The position numbers and the translations under genes were made by a program. From Lama glama (Eukaryota): a stretch of 64,000 bases of DNA. The notes beneath the pieces were generated by a model. That model searched no databases and had not been told where the DNA came from. It worked only from the letters and a program-made list of their open reading frames with translations. The stretch spans positions 33,728,001 to 33,792,000 of the forward strand of contig CM052832.1 of NCBI GenBank assembly GCA_028534125.1, written 5' to 3'. Below, in pieces: positions 23,210 to 36,823 of the stretch (its first letter is position 1; each line of letters begins with the position of its first letter).

Positions 23210-26200
23210 ACAGAGCCTCATGGATCTGGGGAGACCTCGCGTCTCGGTTCCATGACGCTAGGAAACAGGAAAGTGGCAGCCAGCTGAAGTTCCACTGAAG
23301 TTCCAGGCGTGACTAACGATGAGTCTTTGTCTCTCTTTAAAAAAAACCTTTTTTGAACTTACGCAAACCCGTCTACCCTTTACCTATGTTCTCTCTAAGA
23401 GGAGGGGTCATTAAAGATTGAGGTCTCGAGAATAAATTAAATGTTGTGACATTAGCTTTAACTTAAAACAGTGCAAAAACTTGGGAGTTTTCTGATGACT
23501 TTTGAGGACAGACACAGCAGTGAGGTGTTCTGAAGAGGGGGTGCAGCACGCGTCTGTAGGGGTGTCTTTGTCTGCTGCTGGGTGATAGGCCTTTACCTCG
23601 TGGTCAGGGTTCCTCTGGTATTCCCCACCTGCTCTGAGCGGGGTCCTCCCAGGAGGCGCCGTGTGCACAGATGGAGGCCCTCAGGGAGGCGGCGGGCCGC
23701 TGGATCTGAGGACGTACTCTCCCAGGTGGTAGAGGAGGAAAGTCTACCTCGGCTCCTGGGGCTGAGGGGCTTTGCCAAAAGGAGGATGAGAAAATGTATT
23801 CTGAATTAAGACGACCTAGAACACACGATTGTCGGCAACCTGATTGTAAATTACAGCCGCCCTGTGTTTAGGAAGAGCAAGCACCATCCTGGTGTTAAAT
23901 TGCAGGAAGAGCTGGGCCACCAGCGTCTGGCCGGGGGCACAGAGAACATGACCGTGGAGGGGCCGCTGGTGGGGGGCGGGGCTGGTGGCGGCAGGTTGCT
24001 TCCTTGTGTCACTGCTTTTCCCTGGTGTCAGTCCCAGCTCCGCGGCTTGCTGACTGTGACCTGGGAGAGCCTTCGCTGCCCTCAGCGTGGTTTTCCCTGC
24101 TGTGAAGCGTCTGTGGTGGTGGTTTCTGATGCACAGACCTGTGCTGGTGCTGGGAGGACCGCGTGCGGGGGGAGACCTGGGCCAGGGCTGGCCTCCCGCA
24201 CACGCTCTCGCTGGGACCGCCTGTCGCTGTGTTTGCTCCTGAGCTCAGTGGAGCCTCCTTCACCTGAACGTGCAGCCTGACCCCGCGTCCCCACTCCTGG
24301 CTTCTTCCCCTGCACGCCTCTGACCACCGTGAGACTCGTCTGCATCGCACCCCTTCAGACGGGCCGTCAGGATGAGGTCAGCCCCCCGCGGGCAGGGCTT
24401 TTGCTGGGTCCCCGCACCGCCTCCCTGGTGCCTCCGGCAGGGCCAGGGCCGTGTGAGTCGCTCTCTCAATGTTTACCGGAATACTTAAAGATGACCAAAT
24501 GCTACTTTTGCAAATGTTGTGACTGTATCTGCAGGAAAAAGTGAAAGAAAAGTCAGATGCGAGGAGCTTCCATGTCAGGGAGGCACGATGACTTTCGATG
24601 AGCTTTAAGCTCTGAGTGTATTTGAAATGTATGTCTATAAATAGAAAAGAGTGAGAAATCGTTGAAAAAGGGTTTTAAAAATTCCTTTCCCACATTTAGT
24701 CTCAGTCTCCTTTTCCCTTGACACAAATAAGGGAAAACGAATGGGCTATCTTCTTACATCTTCATACTGATGTTCTCTGGTGATTTCTCAAGTCCCTTTT
24801 CTGCCTCTTAACTTCCGAGCAGCAGTTAAGCCCCTCGCACAGCTGGGTCTGGCTTGTGCATGCAGACGCACGGGGCACTGGAGCCACTCGCCACGCGGGG
24901 CGGGCGCTGTCCCCAGCAGCACGACCGTTTCTGGCGTGCCTGCTGGTTGCGGCGCTTTGCGCGTGGAGCCGAGAGCGGTGCTTGGTCTCCTCCGGAAGGT
25001 GCGGCGAGTTGCTTCTCTGCTCGTTCTCCATAGCTCTTACCTGCCGTCGCCACCCAAATTCAGTGTCGAGCTGAGCATTTTTGAGCAGTGTTTTGGAGAT
25101 TATCCTGAAAGATAAATTGCTGTTACCAAATATCCCTGACAGCTCCCCAGATCATTAAACTAACAGCAGTGAACGGAGAGACAACTAAAACTAATGGCCA
25201 GATTAAGGGTTCCTGACAGGAGGTTAGAATCGTTGTGATTTGCAGGGTCTCTGGAGACCCCCATCTCGCTTTCACCTAGAAGTTTCCATTTGTGTGAGCT
25301 TGTCCTTTGTGTAGAAGTTGAGATAAGCTGTTCGCAAACTTCCGTGGTTGTGCAGCCCCTCGTGCTGACCGACTCAGGGCAGCTTTCCTCGTTATTTGAT
25401 TCTTCATACATTTCCTGCTCCCTTGAAGGTAGTGGAAGATTAGGCTTCCTGGGGGGAACTGGGAGTCTAAACCAAATTGCCGACGCTTCTCAGAAATGCC
25501 AGTTCTGAGTCACTGAGGGCGGTCAGGCTAGACGTGTCCCCACCCGGTGTCGGCCGGTCCAGGCTGCGCTCCCGCCCTCCTGGCGGTTTAACGTCCAGAG
25601 CAGCCCTGGTGTCTCCGGGAGGCAGCGTAGGCAGCGACAGCTCGTCCCGCTTCGGAGCACTCCCAGGGAAGGTCATGCTCTCAGACGTGTCTAAGAACAC
25701 AAAGAACATCATTCGCAGATTGCCCGTGATTTAAGCCCTTGTCTTACTGCAGTAAATCTCAAAGGAAAGTGATGTTCTTTTGCGTAACAGAAACGCTGAA
25801 CCTGAAATTACTGGTGCTCACATGTTTTCTAGGTTGTCGAATTTTCAAACTGTCGTAAATATGCCCGAGCTGGGTGCGTGGTGTGTCGTGGGGAGCGAAG
25901 TGCGCGTACTCAGCGTGGAGGGGCGCCAGGGCCGGACGCCCGCCGCACTCGGGACTTGCCCGCTCTGTCCAAGCGGCTCTCGGCCCCGCAGACCGCTGCC
26001 ACTGCCCGCCCTCGAAGGCCTGGTCTGGTGGTCCAGCTCGGTCTCCCCCCTCTTTCCACGGAACCTCTGTTACGCTCCTGACTCTGTGCTGGGTGATGAG
26101 GGTCGAGGGAAGACCTACGTGCGCGGAAAGCGCACCCATTCCTGCCGCCTGTTCTTGCGTGATGTTCAGGTGTGCTTCCTAAAGCCTGTGCCTTGCTTCT

Positions 26201-27674
26201 GTCTTCACAGCTTGGGTTTTGCTGACTGCTTTATTTCCAGAATTTTGAGTCTTTTCCAACTCTGTTCTTACTTCATTTTGCCTGTTTTTCAAAATTATTT
26301 CTCGTTTTTAGCTGAGTTTTTCTTGGTCCCTTAGAGGTGTAACGTCAGGGTTACAGAGATGTTGAAGAGAAACGTTTACTGTCGGTTCAGGTGCAGTGTT
26401 AGCTCCATCTCCTCTGGAGTAAATTCTTCCGTTGGGTGTAGATCTTACTGGTTCTGTCTTTAACATTAATATTCTTTTTTAAAAATTTGGTTCACAGGCC
26501 CATATTAAATAGGAGCCCCCCTCGCTTTCTGCCTTATCCCTTCTTGTTGAGCTTCGTACTGGCCGCCACCAGCCTCTAGAATGTTCTAGTTCGGAACCAC
26601 GTTGTGGCTTAGCGTCTCCAGGGAGCCCTGACACTGGGCAGCAGGCTGTCTGGTCTGGCGTCTTGGGGCAGATCCTCACGTGAAGCTGTCGGCTGCCGTG
26701 GGCCCCTTGTTGTGGACAACTCGGCTTTATGTTGAAACAGACAAAAAGGCACAGTTCCAGGCTGGCCGAAGCAGCTTTTTTGTCTTCCTTTCATGGGCTG
26801 CATAATTGTGCCCCAGTCCTTGGTTTGAAACTGCAAGTGTGGCCTGAGCCCTCTCCTCGCCAGGCGCCGTTAGCCTGTTCACCTGTCGCTCCCGAGAGCT
26901 GAACGCCCCCGGCCTGAGCGGAGGCTTGACCTCCAGCAGGGCTGTGGCTGGGCCTCGACGCCTGCTCTGTCTCAGTGGCTCCTGTTTGGAGTTAAGGCCG
27001 CACAACTATGTGTTTTTAATTTTCTTCTTTAAATGTCGTCAGTGCTGTGCTCAGAGTGGCACGGACAGGGGCTGTGGCCTTACAATGGCAGGTGACAGGC
27101 CTCGGTGTTGTGTCTCGAGGGCAGGAGTAAATCGTTGTTTTGAGTTATTTAGGCTAAGGTGTTGGCGTCCGCCTGAAAGCTGTGGGAGCCGTTACACTTT
27201 TAGAAGGATGTGTCATGATTAGATTTTACGTTTTAGGACAGTAATTCGGTACCTGGTGGATGGATTTTCGGAAGGCCAGGGAGGAGGTTGGCAGCTGTGT
27301 GGAGGGTCCACATGAAGGGTCACGAGGGGCCCAGGCGCGAAGTGGCTGGGTTCCTGCAGGCGCTAGCTGGGGTTGCCAGGGGGTTACAGGCCGCCCAGCG
27401 CCGCCCAGTGTCCTTCACCTTCCAGGCCAGCCTTGCTTCCGGACTGCTCCTTGGGTCCCGCAGCTACTGGCTGCGCGTCTGCCTGCTCCCTTGCTTCTCC
27501 TGGTCTGGGCTGGGTGCTGCCGCGAGGCGCAGGCGCCGTGCGGTCACGTGGGAGTGACGGCGGAGGGCTGTGTCCCGAGGGGGCCGCGGGCTGCCGCTAG
27601 TGACAGGGTGAGGGCTGGAGCCCGCGTTCCGTCTGCCGTGACCGGTGACTGCGTGTCAGCCCGTCCCGTCTCTC

Positions 27675-27712
27675 CTGCCTGCCTGCTGCCTGCCTGCCTG
27701 CCCGCCTGCCCG
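27675..27712. repeat. Imperfect (GCCT)n microsatellite
   Basis: tgcctgcctgctgcctgcctgcctgcccgcctgcc. Confidence 0.8.
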
Positions 27713-28551
27713 TCTGTCCCAGCGGCATCTTCCTCACCTGGGCAGGTCACTCTCATAACAGGCGCATGTTTCTCTGTTTCACAGAACTCGCAGGTTCTCT
27801 GTCTTCTTTTCCTGTTTTCCTCTTTACTCCGAAATCAGCCTCCTCCTGGTTTCATGTGTCTGTTCGCCTGACCTGCTGTAGGTGCAGCCGTCACCCCCCC
27901 GCCACCCCGTCCTCAGGGCCTCAGTGTCCCCACTTTCTCACGTCCGCTCAGGCCTCAAGGGAACAGAAACTGACCTACGGAGCAGCAAGCCACAAATTGG
28001 ACAGCATTCAAAAAAAAAATAAGACATATATCCTGTCCAGTGAGACCTTTGTTTTCCTGTAAAGTCTGAGTTTTGTGCTGCACAGCACTTTTGATGTGGA
28101 AAAAACCATGAAAACACAGCATTTTCTCCACATTTTTTGTTATAGAAAGATGCTATTTTAAAAATGCTGTCTAATACCACTGAACAAACACTGAAAGCGT
28201 TAGTAACAGTAGCACTGTGATTGGCTTCTTGGAGATGCTGCGACACATGCTGAATTGCCTTAATCTCATGCTCACATCGGGTTTTTGCATCATTTTGCTG
28301 TTGTGAAAATGATTTCTCTTTGGAACTAACACATGAAACTTAGAAATAGGCGTCCAGAGAGGAAGGAGCAATTTTGAAATCACGGTCTTTCCCAAGGATG
28401 CCTGCTGTATTTGGTGATACTGAAATGCGTTGCTTGTTCATTCCCTCGGGAACTACGCCTGCCTTCCCCGTGGTGTGCTGGGCACAGGGCTCAGTGCTCA
28501 GTGGAGACCGCGACGGTGGTTAGTCCCTGACCTGAAAATTCACGGTTTCTT

Positions 28552-28774
28552 GATTTGCACACGTTAACCACTATATATGAAAATAGATAAAAAGCCAGAT
28601 TTCTTCTGTACGGCACAGGGAACTATATTAAATATCTTGTAATAACTTTTCATGAAAAAGAATATGAAAGCCAGTAGATGAACGTATATGCGTGACTGGG
28701 ACATTGTGCTGCACACCAGAAACTGACACGTTGTAACTGACTGTACTTCAATTAAAAAATTTTTTTAATAAAAT
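28552..28774 (+). mobile_element. 5'-truncated L1 3'-UTR insertion (223 bp) with 17-bp target-site duplication
   Basis: Typical L1 3' end (ctgtacggcacagggaactatattaaatatcttgtaataac...caccagaaactgacacgttgtaactgactgtacttcaattaaaaaa). Flanked by aaaattcacggtttctt (28535-28551) and aaaattcatggtttctt (28775-28791), a 16/17 match. Confidence 0.85.
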
Positions 28775-30941
28775 AAAATTCATGGTTTCTTTTATGCAAA
28801 ATCTGCTTCTCAAGAGAATGAGTTGCCCCAAAGGGAGCGTATTAAGCAGATTGTTTTCAGGTGGGGCTCCCTTCTGTCTTGTTAATTGAGTGCTCCATGG
28901 ACCTCGGGGAAGGGCGTGCCTCGTTCGGGTCTCCTGGACTCCCCATGAGCTGCTTGTGAGCGCTCTGTTGCATCCTTTATCCCTGCACAAAGCCTTAGCC
29001 GTCGCAGCCGCTTCCTGGCTGGGGGCTCACGAACCGGAGAGCGCGAACGTTCTCTTAACTCTCTCCCCACGTGACAGCTGCTCTGTTTCCTTGAGTGTTG
29101 TCCCTGTGCTCCGGACACCGTGAGTTCCAGACGCTGTCCTGACGGCACGTTACCTCCGCTGTGCAGGAACGCGGGGCACTGCTTGCTCGTTTGCTCTGCT
29201 CTGTGGGGAGACTCCACGTTTTCTTGGTCCTTCAGCATCAGACCAAAGCCTGGCGTCTCAGGAAGTCCTCTGAGGCTGTGGGTCCATCGTGCGTTTTTTT
29301 CCTCTCCTGTCTCACGTGCATTATCTCCAATGGTCTGGTCTGAAGTGTTTTGCCATTTTCCAAGCCTTTCAGGCGGCTCCATGTGATCTGCAAGTTATTG
29401 TTTCTAATTGATTTTTCACTGTTCTGGAAAAACAATGAAAGTTTGGAGGTTTTTCATCCGGTACCTCCTCTCCCAGATTGTTTTGAGTGAGGACAGCCCC
29501 TAGACTCGCCGGGGACGGGATCCGCTTCTGTGTCTTTGTTCCTGGCTGCAGCGCTCTGTCTGTGCGTCCCGGGGTGGGGTGCTGGGCAGGGAGCCCGGAG
29601 CCCGCTGCTGGCGTGTAAGGGGTGGGGTTTCCTCCCACCAGCAGAGCTGCTGTGATCACTTTGTAAATGCACGTGTCGAGGCCTCTGAGTGTCTGGGTGA
29701 CCCCACCCGTGTTTCCCCCTCACTCCTACCTGCATGCCTGTTTGTCCCTTAGAGTTTTGACCCCTAGCTGCCCATGGAGCCCGCCCTTTACCGTTCACTT
29801 GCTAGATTTTTCTCTGAAAGTTACACCCCTCCCTTGAGTCCCCTCCAGTGCGGCTGCCGCTTGCTTCTTACGAGCCTGCTGGCGTCTTCATCACTCAGGA
29901 CTTCCCGCCCCTCAGGCTCGGCGCTTTGTCTGCCTCCCAGTTCTCCGAGGTCTAGGAAGCTCGCTGTCCCCCCCACGTCAGGTGGCAGTTCGGGGCGGGA
30001 CTGCCCTTGTCCTCACAGCGAGCAGAGCGGAAAGCCCCCACTTTTTAAAAATGATTCCGGGTCATTGAAAGCCCCCCCTTCTGCCCCCCCTCCCACCGCT
30101 GGGCTTCGCCGGCTCCCCGCGCAGCCCATGTCCGCCGGGAGCGCCTGGCTCTTCCTCCAGCATCTCCGCTTCGATGCCGTCAGCAGAACGCCCAGCTTTC
30201 TTGTGACGTGTCACTTACTTCAACGAGCGTTTTGCACGTTTCCCCCAGAGGACTAGGTATTTTTTCCGTATTAGTCCTTCTAAAATCGATACACTAGATG
30301 CTGTTTTTGGAAGAAAAAGTAGGTCAGGAGATGGGGGGCGAAGGCCAGAAGACAGTTTGTTGCCCACGTGACACGCGGGGCCATAGTCAGTCTCGCGTAG
30401 TGGCTCACAGCTACTGGGCCACGGGTCCCCTGGGCCACAGCCTCCTGCGCCGAGCTGTTTCCCGCCGGAAGCTTTAGCTCCCCGTGCGGGGTGACGCACC
30501 CTCCCGCGTGGCGGGCCGAGCCCCGCGTTACACGCCAGCGGCCTGTGGCGGCTTCTTGGACGCACCCAGCCGTTTCAGTGAGTTCTCGCGTTTTTGTTCT
30601 GATGGTCTGTTAACTGAAGGGCGACTGGCTGTTCGGCTGTGAAGTGGGCTCCATTCCCACTTCCAGGGGGCGGCCCTTCCGGGGGGAGCACAGGGGATAC
30701 TTTACGGTAACCGGGGAGACTGGGGTGCTCGCTGCGCCCGGTCCTCGGAGCTGCAGCTGAAGCAACTGGTCATGGTTTTGTCTGCGCAGAGGGCTCCCCG
30801 TGTTTCCCCCACCCGAGTGTAACCGGCAACTGAAATTAAATCCCGTAGTCGTGTCTGCATTACTTCAGCGAAGAGTTTGAACCCTTGATCAATACCTGAA
30901 GGCTCCCGGTTAAGCACCCAATTTAAATAACCCCCTACTCT

Positions 30942-31036
30942 GTCCTGTGACCTCATGCTCGTCCTGTGACCTCACGCTCGTCCTGTGACCTCACGCTCGT
31001 CCTGTGACCTCACGCTCGTCCTGTGTCCTCACGCTC
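30942..31036. repeat. Tandem repeat, 5 x 19 bp (gtcctgtgacctcacgctc)
   Basis: Units start at 30942, 30961, 30980, 30999 and 31018. Units 2-4 are identical; units 1 and 5 each carry one substitution. Confidence 0.97.
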
Positions 31037-34000
31037 GCCCACGGAGCCCTCAGGACTCTTAGGTCCTCCTGTGTGCGTGGCCAGAATAACCCACACATCT
31101 GCAGAGCTCAGAGCTGGTGTGGCCGTTCACCTTGACTGTGCGTGCAGCTCCGGTGTCACAGCGATGCGTCCGTGGCTTGGGGGCTCCTAATGGTTAGGCA
31201 CTGACGTCAGGAATGTCGTGACTGATTCAGGCCCTCGAGGGATCGCAGATGGGACAGGTGGGACAGGACACCTTGAGGTGGCATGTGCGTCGGAGCCGGC
31301 TGTGCCGCAGGGAGCTTGGAGCTTGTGAGTGTGGCCGCTCAGGGACCGAGAGGGCCTCGGGCTCGTCTTCCTCAGGCGTGCCCTAAAATCCTGAAACCAG
31401 CAGGCCTCCCGCTGGGGCCTCCCCTCCCCTTCTGAGGCCGGGCACTGAGTCTCAGCACTGAGGGTTACAGGGGCAGCGGCTGGATCCCTGGGTTACGGTT
31501 GCAGTGTAAAAGCCTGGCCTGTGACATCATCATGTGACTTGGCACCGGGTAGACAACCCTGGGGTGGCTCTGGTATCAGAGCCGTGATGGGCAGAGCCGT
31601 CCTGTGTGGCCAGGCGGCCGCCCCCGCAGCCTTAGACAGACAGCCATCCTCTCAGGGAGAAGGCCCGCCTGGTGCTCCCACGGCTGAGGGGCGGTGCCTA
31701 CCCTCAAAATGGAAGGAAATCCCAAATTTCAGGTAGAAGTTAGTGAAAATGAAGACGCATGTGTTTCTCCTCCCAATCCGCATGCCCCCGGGTTCTGTCT
31801 GTGGGCCCAGAGGACCTCGGGTCGACACCCAGCGTGACCGGCTTCAGTAGGTAGGCTTCCCTGCTGTTTCTGCTTGTCCACGAGGAGTCTAGAAAACTGG
31901 GGATTTACCTCCGGGGCCGTTTTCCCATATAAAAATCATGGCAGGTTTTTCTTTGTTTTTCACCAGCTGCTAAACCTCTGTAAAATGGGCAGGAAAAAGA
32001 TGGCTCATTTGTGACAACTGGAGCCACACAGTATTTTTAAATTAAGATTTTTCTACAAAACCAGGGGACTTAGTGTCATTGTCACCTTTGTTTTGCGTTC
32101 TAGCCTGCCTTCACTGGGAAAGCAAGAATAGTTTTAAGGAACTGGACCAGAGATTCCTGGGGGATACAGCAAGTGGCAAAGCATTGTGACCAAAGAGCTA
32201 TCACTGAAATGGGGGAAACCTGGCTGTTTGGAGAAGGAGATTGTCAAACTGCAGGAGTGTCCTTGAGCCCCCGGCCTGCCTTCCTCCCCGAGTCCGTGAG
32301 AGGAGGAGCGAGCAGGTCTCAGTGCAGACTTGTGCTCTTAAAGAGTGCAAACCCTTCAGAAAACCCTGAGACCCGAGCACGCTTTATCTTCTCGAGGCTG
32401 ACTAGTAAACGTTTCAGTTTGCCCTTGAGGATAAACAGTAAGCTGGGGAAGAAGTTGTTGTCTGTCCAGCAGCTCTTTTCGTGTCCTGTGTGCTGAGCAG
32501 GAGGGCTGAGACGGGAGAGCCTGGCTGGTGTGGGCGGTGGGCGGATGGACAGAGGCAGTGGCTTCGTCAGTTGTTAGCGAGCTTGGGTGGTTATCTTGTC
32601 CAAACACGATGAAAGTTCTGATTTCCGATGGGAGTCGTTAGTCGAATATTTCAGAAAACTTAATGGAAACTCCATATTAATTTACGCTGAGCAAACAAAG
32701 GCTGTCCAAGATGTCACATTTGTTTAGTCTGGCTAGAATTCATCACTCCGGTGGACGAATAACCTTCTGATTGTTAGCTGTTTCAAAGTATAATTATAAA
32801 TGTTTTTGAACAAAAGTATAATTGCAGGAAAATAAGGAAAAATCATATAAAATTGGCTTTTGAATGTGAGGAATAAAAGGCTCTTGGCTGGAAGCAAAGG
32901 GAGCTGAGAGGGGGGCCCTGGCGGGAGGCCCTCCCTCTGCGCTGGGACCTGTCGGCCCCGTGCCTGTGGAGCAGAGCGCAGCCTGGCGTCAGGCCCCCTG
33001 AAGGGCCGCTGCTGATGTGTGCAAGGTTAACTCTCCCGGGGTCTTTCCTCGTCTCCTTCGGGACCGCAGCCTCGCTGTTTCCCAGACGTGGCCACGTCTC
33101 CACGTGCTCACGTCTGACACCTCCTCCGGGGCCCTTCTCTGATCTGTCCTTGTCATCTCTCCCTCTTCTGGGCTTCTGTCCCCCTCACCACCCCCCACAA
33201 CAGCCTCGTAACCATCCCAGCCACGTCTCCCTCACCCCTGCTGCGTCCGTCTGTCTCCACGCCTCTGCTCTGTGTCCGTCAGGCCAGCGAGGAGAACACG
33301 GCTGTTCCCTTCGCCTTTGCCCGTCCTGTGGTCAGGACACGGTGCCCTGCTGCTCTGCTCAGCGTAGGGTCCTTAAACAGAGATGCGTCCTCTGGGCTGC
33401 AGCCCCTCTGGAGCACCGCCTGCCTCGCTCTTCCCGTCCCAGCTGCTAGGTCCCCGGCGGCTGGGCTGGGCTCCTGCGACCCAGGGAGCCTGATTCATGA
33501 TGGAGAGGGATGCTTTCCTGTTGCTGTCCTTGATTAATAACTTTCCCTTGCAGATGGAAAGTCCTGCAGGGCAGTAAACGGGACGGCTGCCTGTGTGGTC
33601 CCAGGCACTCCCAGCTCCCGCAGCCGAAGCCGCCTCCGCTCTGAGAAGTCAGACATGCAGGGCAGTGCTGGTCTCCACGTGTCTTTCCCACATGGAGTTC
33701 TTTTGCGCCAACAATCGGCTCTTTTTCTGAGGTGACATTGGTATTCAGGAGACTTTGGTTCCTTCACTGAGATTTTAAAAATCAGATTTGCTTCATCTGT
33801 AAAGTTTGCTGCATTCTTCAGGTCACTGAGAAGTTACCTGCTCAGACTTCACACCTCATGCCGTCTCCTTCCTCCAGGCACTGTTCTTAGCGCCTTCTGT
33901 GGTGGGCACTCGCTCGGCGGTGGGAGCATGAAAAAGCCAGAACGCAAAGCTCTCGTCCTCGGGAGCTTCTGGGCCCTGAACAGTTGAAGAGTGTCCCCGG

Positions 34001-36065
34001 TGGCCCCTGCGCTGGACGGCGGAATGCCGTTATTTGCTCTGTTAGCTGGGAGCCCGGCACGGAGGGCCCAGGCCTGCCGTGGCAGGTGTGGTTCAGTGAG
34101 AGCGCTCCCAGAGCTCGGGCTCTGCGCCCCGGCCTGCAGGAGGCGTGGACTTGCAGCGCAGGCTTCGGTGCCCGGACCCGGGCTCCTCCAGAGCCCAGTC
34201 CTGATTGTTGTTTCAGATGAGGCTGTGCTCTCCCCCTCGTGTAAATCAGGATAATTCTGGGCGTGTGTGTTTGTGTCTTTGAGTGTTGGTAAGTGCGGTC
34301 TGCTTTGTATCTGAACTTACGTTTACTGGTTCTTTTGACTTCGACTGCTCTGGCTCTCAGGCTCTGTGACGCCCCGCCCCGTGGGTGCCTGTCCCACGGC
34401 AGGCTGCCTGGGTTCTAGGCGACCTACCCTCCCACACCTGCTCCATAATTACGGTCGAAGGGGGTCCTCCTTTACCCTGAGTTCTGCAGCTTATGTAACG
34501 GTGTAACTGGTAGAGCTTTGTCACGGTTGTGCTGCAGCTTTGAAATTTACACAGCGTTTTATCTGCCCTCCTTCTTAGGGCTTCACCTGTTTCAGCACTT
34601 TAACTCATCAGCCTCTTCTGTCATTCCGATAGCCCGTTTTCTCTGTTCCTTTTTGTGGTTTTATCTTGAGATTTGCATGTTTGACGTTAAACCCCACAGT
34701 AGTTCCCGTGCTGTCTTCATTCACCCGAAAAGCGCCATGACAGACACTTGGGGCTGGGGGCGGCTGCAGAGAACGAGACAGAAGCCCTGCCCTCCTGGGC
34801 TCCCCGTCAGAGGGGGAGACAGGTGATGCGTGGGCCGTCAGATAAAGTAAGACGCCGAGTGGAGAAGACTGAGCAGCGTGGAGGCCCGGGCTTTGTGGGT
34901 GGAGGTCAGGCGTGTGAGGGAGACAGCTGAGCAGAGTTGGGAGGAGGAAGGTAGGCACGGGGTGGGGGAGACACGGGCCTGAGGCCTGAGGCAGGGGTGG
35001 CGCCGGGTCAGCACATGGGGTGGGGGAGGCCAGGGGTCGTGGGGGCCGTGGGAGGAAGGCAGCAGTCCGTCCTGGGAAAGGAGGCGGGACGGGGAGGTGC
35101 TGAGACCGGGTCAGTGAGGAGCGGGTGTCAGCGTGCGTCCGGGCCTTGGTCCGAGCAGCAGGTGGAGAGGTGCTGTTTTGGGGTGGCGGGGGGACAAGGG
35201 AGGAGAGCTCAGGTGGCGGCATCGAGGATCCCGTCTGCAGTCGGGTCAGTGTGCAGTGATGGCCCGCAGCTCAGGGAGACGGCAGAAACATGAGGTGCTG
35301 CTCAGGCTGAGGGGGCCTCAGGCCGTGTGCACAGAGGCGCGGTTCCAGCCCTGGACTCGGCTGAGGCAGTGGGATGTCCATGTGCAGACAGTTTGGACCT
35401 CTAACCCGAATCATATGTAAGAATGAACTAGAACTGCACTGTAGACCTAAATGTGAGAAATAAAAGTATACAGCGCTTAGAATAAAATGTAGGGTAAACC
35501 TCATGCTCTCGGGTGAAGCAGAACATTCTGAGATACGACTGCACAAGCACAGGCTATGGAAGAGAACTGAGGTGAGTCGAGCTTCTGTGCTTCGTAGGAC
35601 GCCTTGATCTCACACGTGTTCCAGGCCCGGAGCATCTCAGTAAAACTGGGAGGAAGAAGTGAAAAGACATCCCTCGTCAGGGGAGAAAGTTGCAGGTCAG
35701 ACATCTGACAGGAGACTTCAGCTAGAGTACATGCAGAACTTTCACAGCTCAGTAGTGGAAGGACAAATAACCAGCTTAGACACGTGCAGAGGGTCTGCAC
35801 AGACGTCTCTCCGAGCAGACGCACAGATGGCCGACGAGCACGTGAAAGGAAGCCGAGAGCGCTGGCCGTCAGGGGAGCACAAGCCAAGGCCACAGTGAGG
35901 AGCCTGCTTAAGCCACAGAGAGACTCGTGCGAAGCCGCCAGCTCCAGATCGCCAGAGCGTCCTGAGGAAGGAGGAGGAGGCGTCACCCTGTCTGATTTCA
36001 AACTCATGTAAAAGCTACGGTCATCAGAACAGTGTGGTGTTGGCCTAAAGCCAGACAGATCAATG

Positions 36066-36823
36066 AGGCACCACCTCACACCAGGCAGAATGGCCCTCAT
36101 TCAAAAATCCACAAATGGCACATGCTGGAGAGGCTGTGGAGAAAGGGGAGCCCTCCTCCACTGCTGGTGGCATGCAGTTTGGTGCAGCCACAGTGGAAAA
36201 CAGTGTGGAGATTCCTCAAAAGACTAGGAATAGACTTGCCATATGACCCAGGAATCCCGCTCCTGGGCATATATCCACAAGGAAGCCTGCTTCAAAATGA
36301 CACCTGCACCCAATGTTCATAGCCACACTATTTACAATAGCCAAGACATGGNNNNNNNNNNNNNNNNNNNNNNNNNNNNNNNNNNNNNNNNNNNNNNNNN
36401 NNNNNNNNNNNNNNNNNNNNNNNNNNNNNNNNNNNNNNNNNNNNNNNNNNNAAAGAGAAAGAAAAATACCATATGAGATTGCTCACATGTGGAATCTAAA
36501 ACAAACAAACAAACAAACAAACAAACAAAACATAAATACAAAACAGAAACAGACTCATAGACATAGAATACAAACTTGTGGTTGCCAAGGGAGTGGGGGG
36601 TGGGAAGGGACAGACTGGGAGTTCAAAATGTAGAACAGATAAACAAGATTATACTATATAGTACAGGGAAATATGCACAAGATCTTATGGTAGCTCACAG
36701 AGAAAAAAATGTGACAAGGAATATATGTATGTTCATGTATAACTGAAAATTTGTGCTCTACACTGGAATTTGACACAACATTGTAAAATGATTATAAATC
36801 AATAAAAAATGTTAAAAAAAAAT
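36066..36823 (+). mobile_element. Youngest L1 layer (camelid-type), 5'-truncated: ORF2 C-terminus, 3' UTR, AATAAA and A tail
   Basis: [33 protein letters not shown] and MFIATLFTIAKTW; (AAAC)n inside the 3' UTR; AATAAA at 36801-36806; A tail at 36814-36822. Flanked by cagacagatcaatg (36052-36065) and cagacagagcagtg (36824-36837). Confidence 0.92.
36352..36451. other. Assembly gap (exactly 100 N)
   Basis: 9+60+31 N characters. A round 100 is the usual placeholder for a gap of unknown size. Confidence 0.99.

Noticed and set aside
25160-25712. Two adjacent minus-strand ORFs as a possible retrocopy
   Set aside because: They are in different frames, with no recognisable protein, poly(A) tail or TSD.
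30942-31036. CRISPR-like array (also considered for 22949-23209)
   Set aside because: Head-to-tail units with no unique spacers, no cas genes, and a mammalian context.
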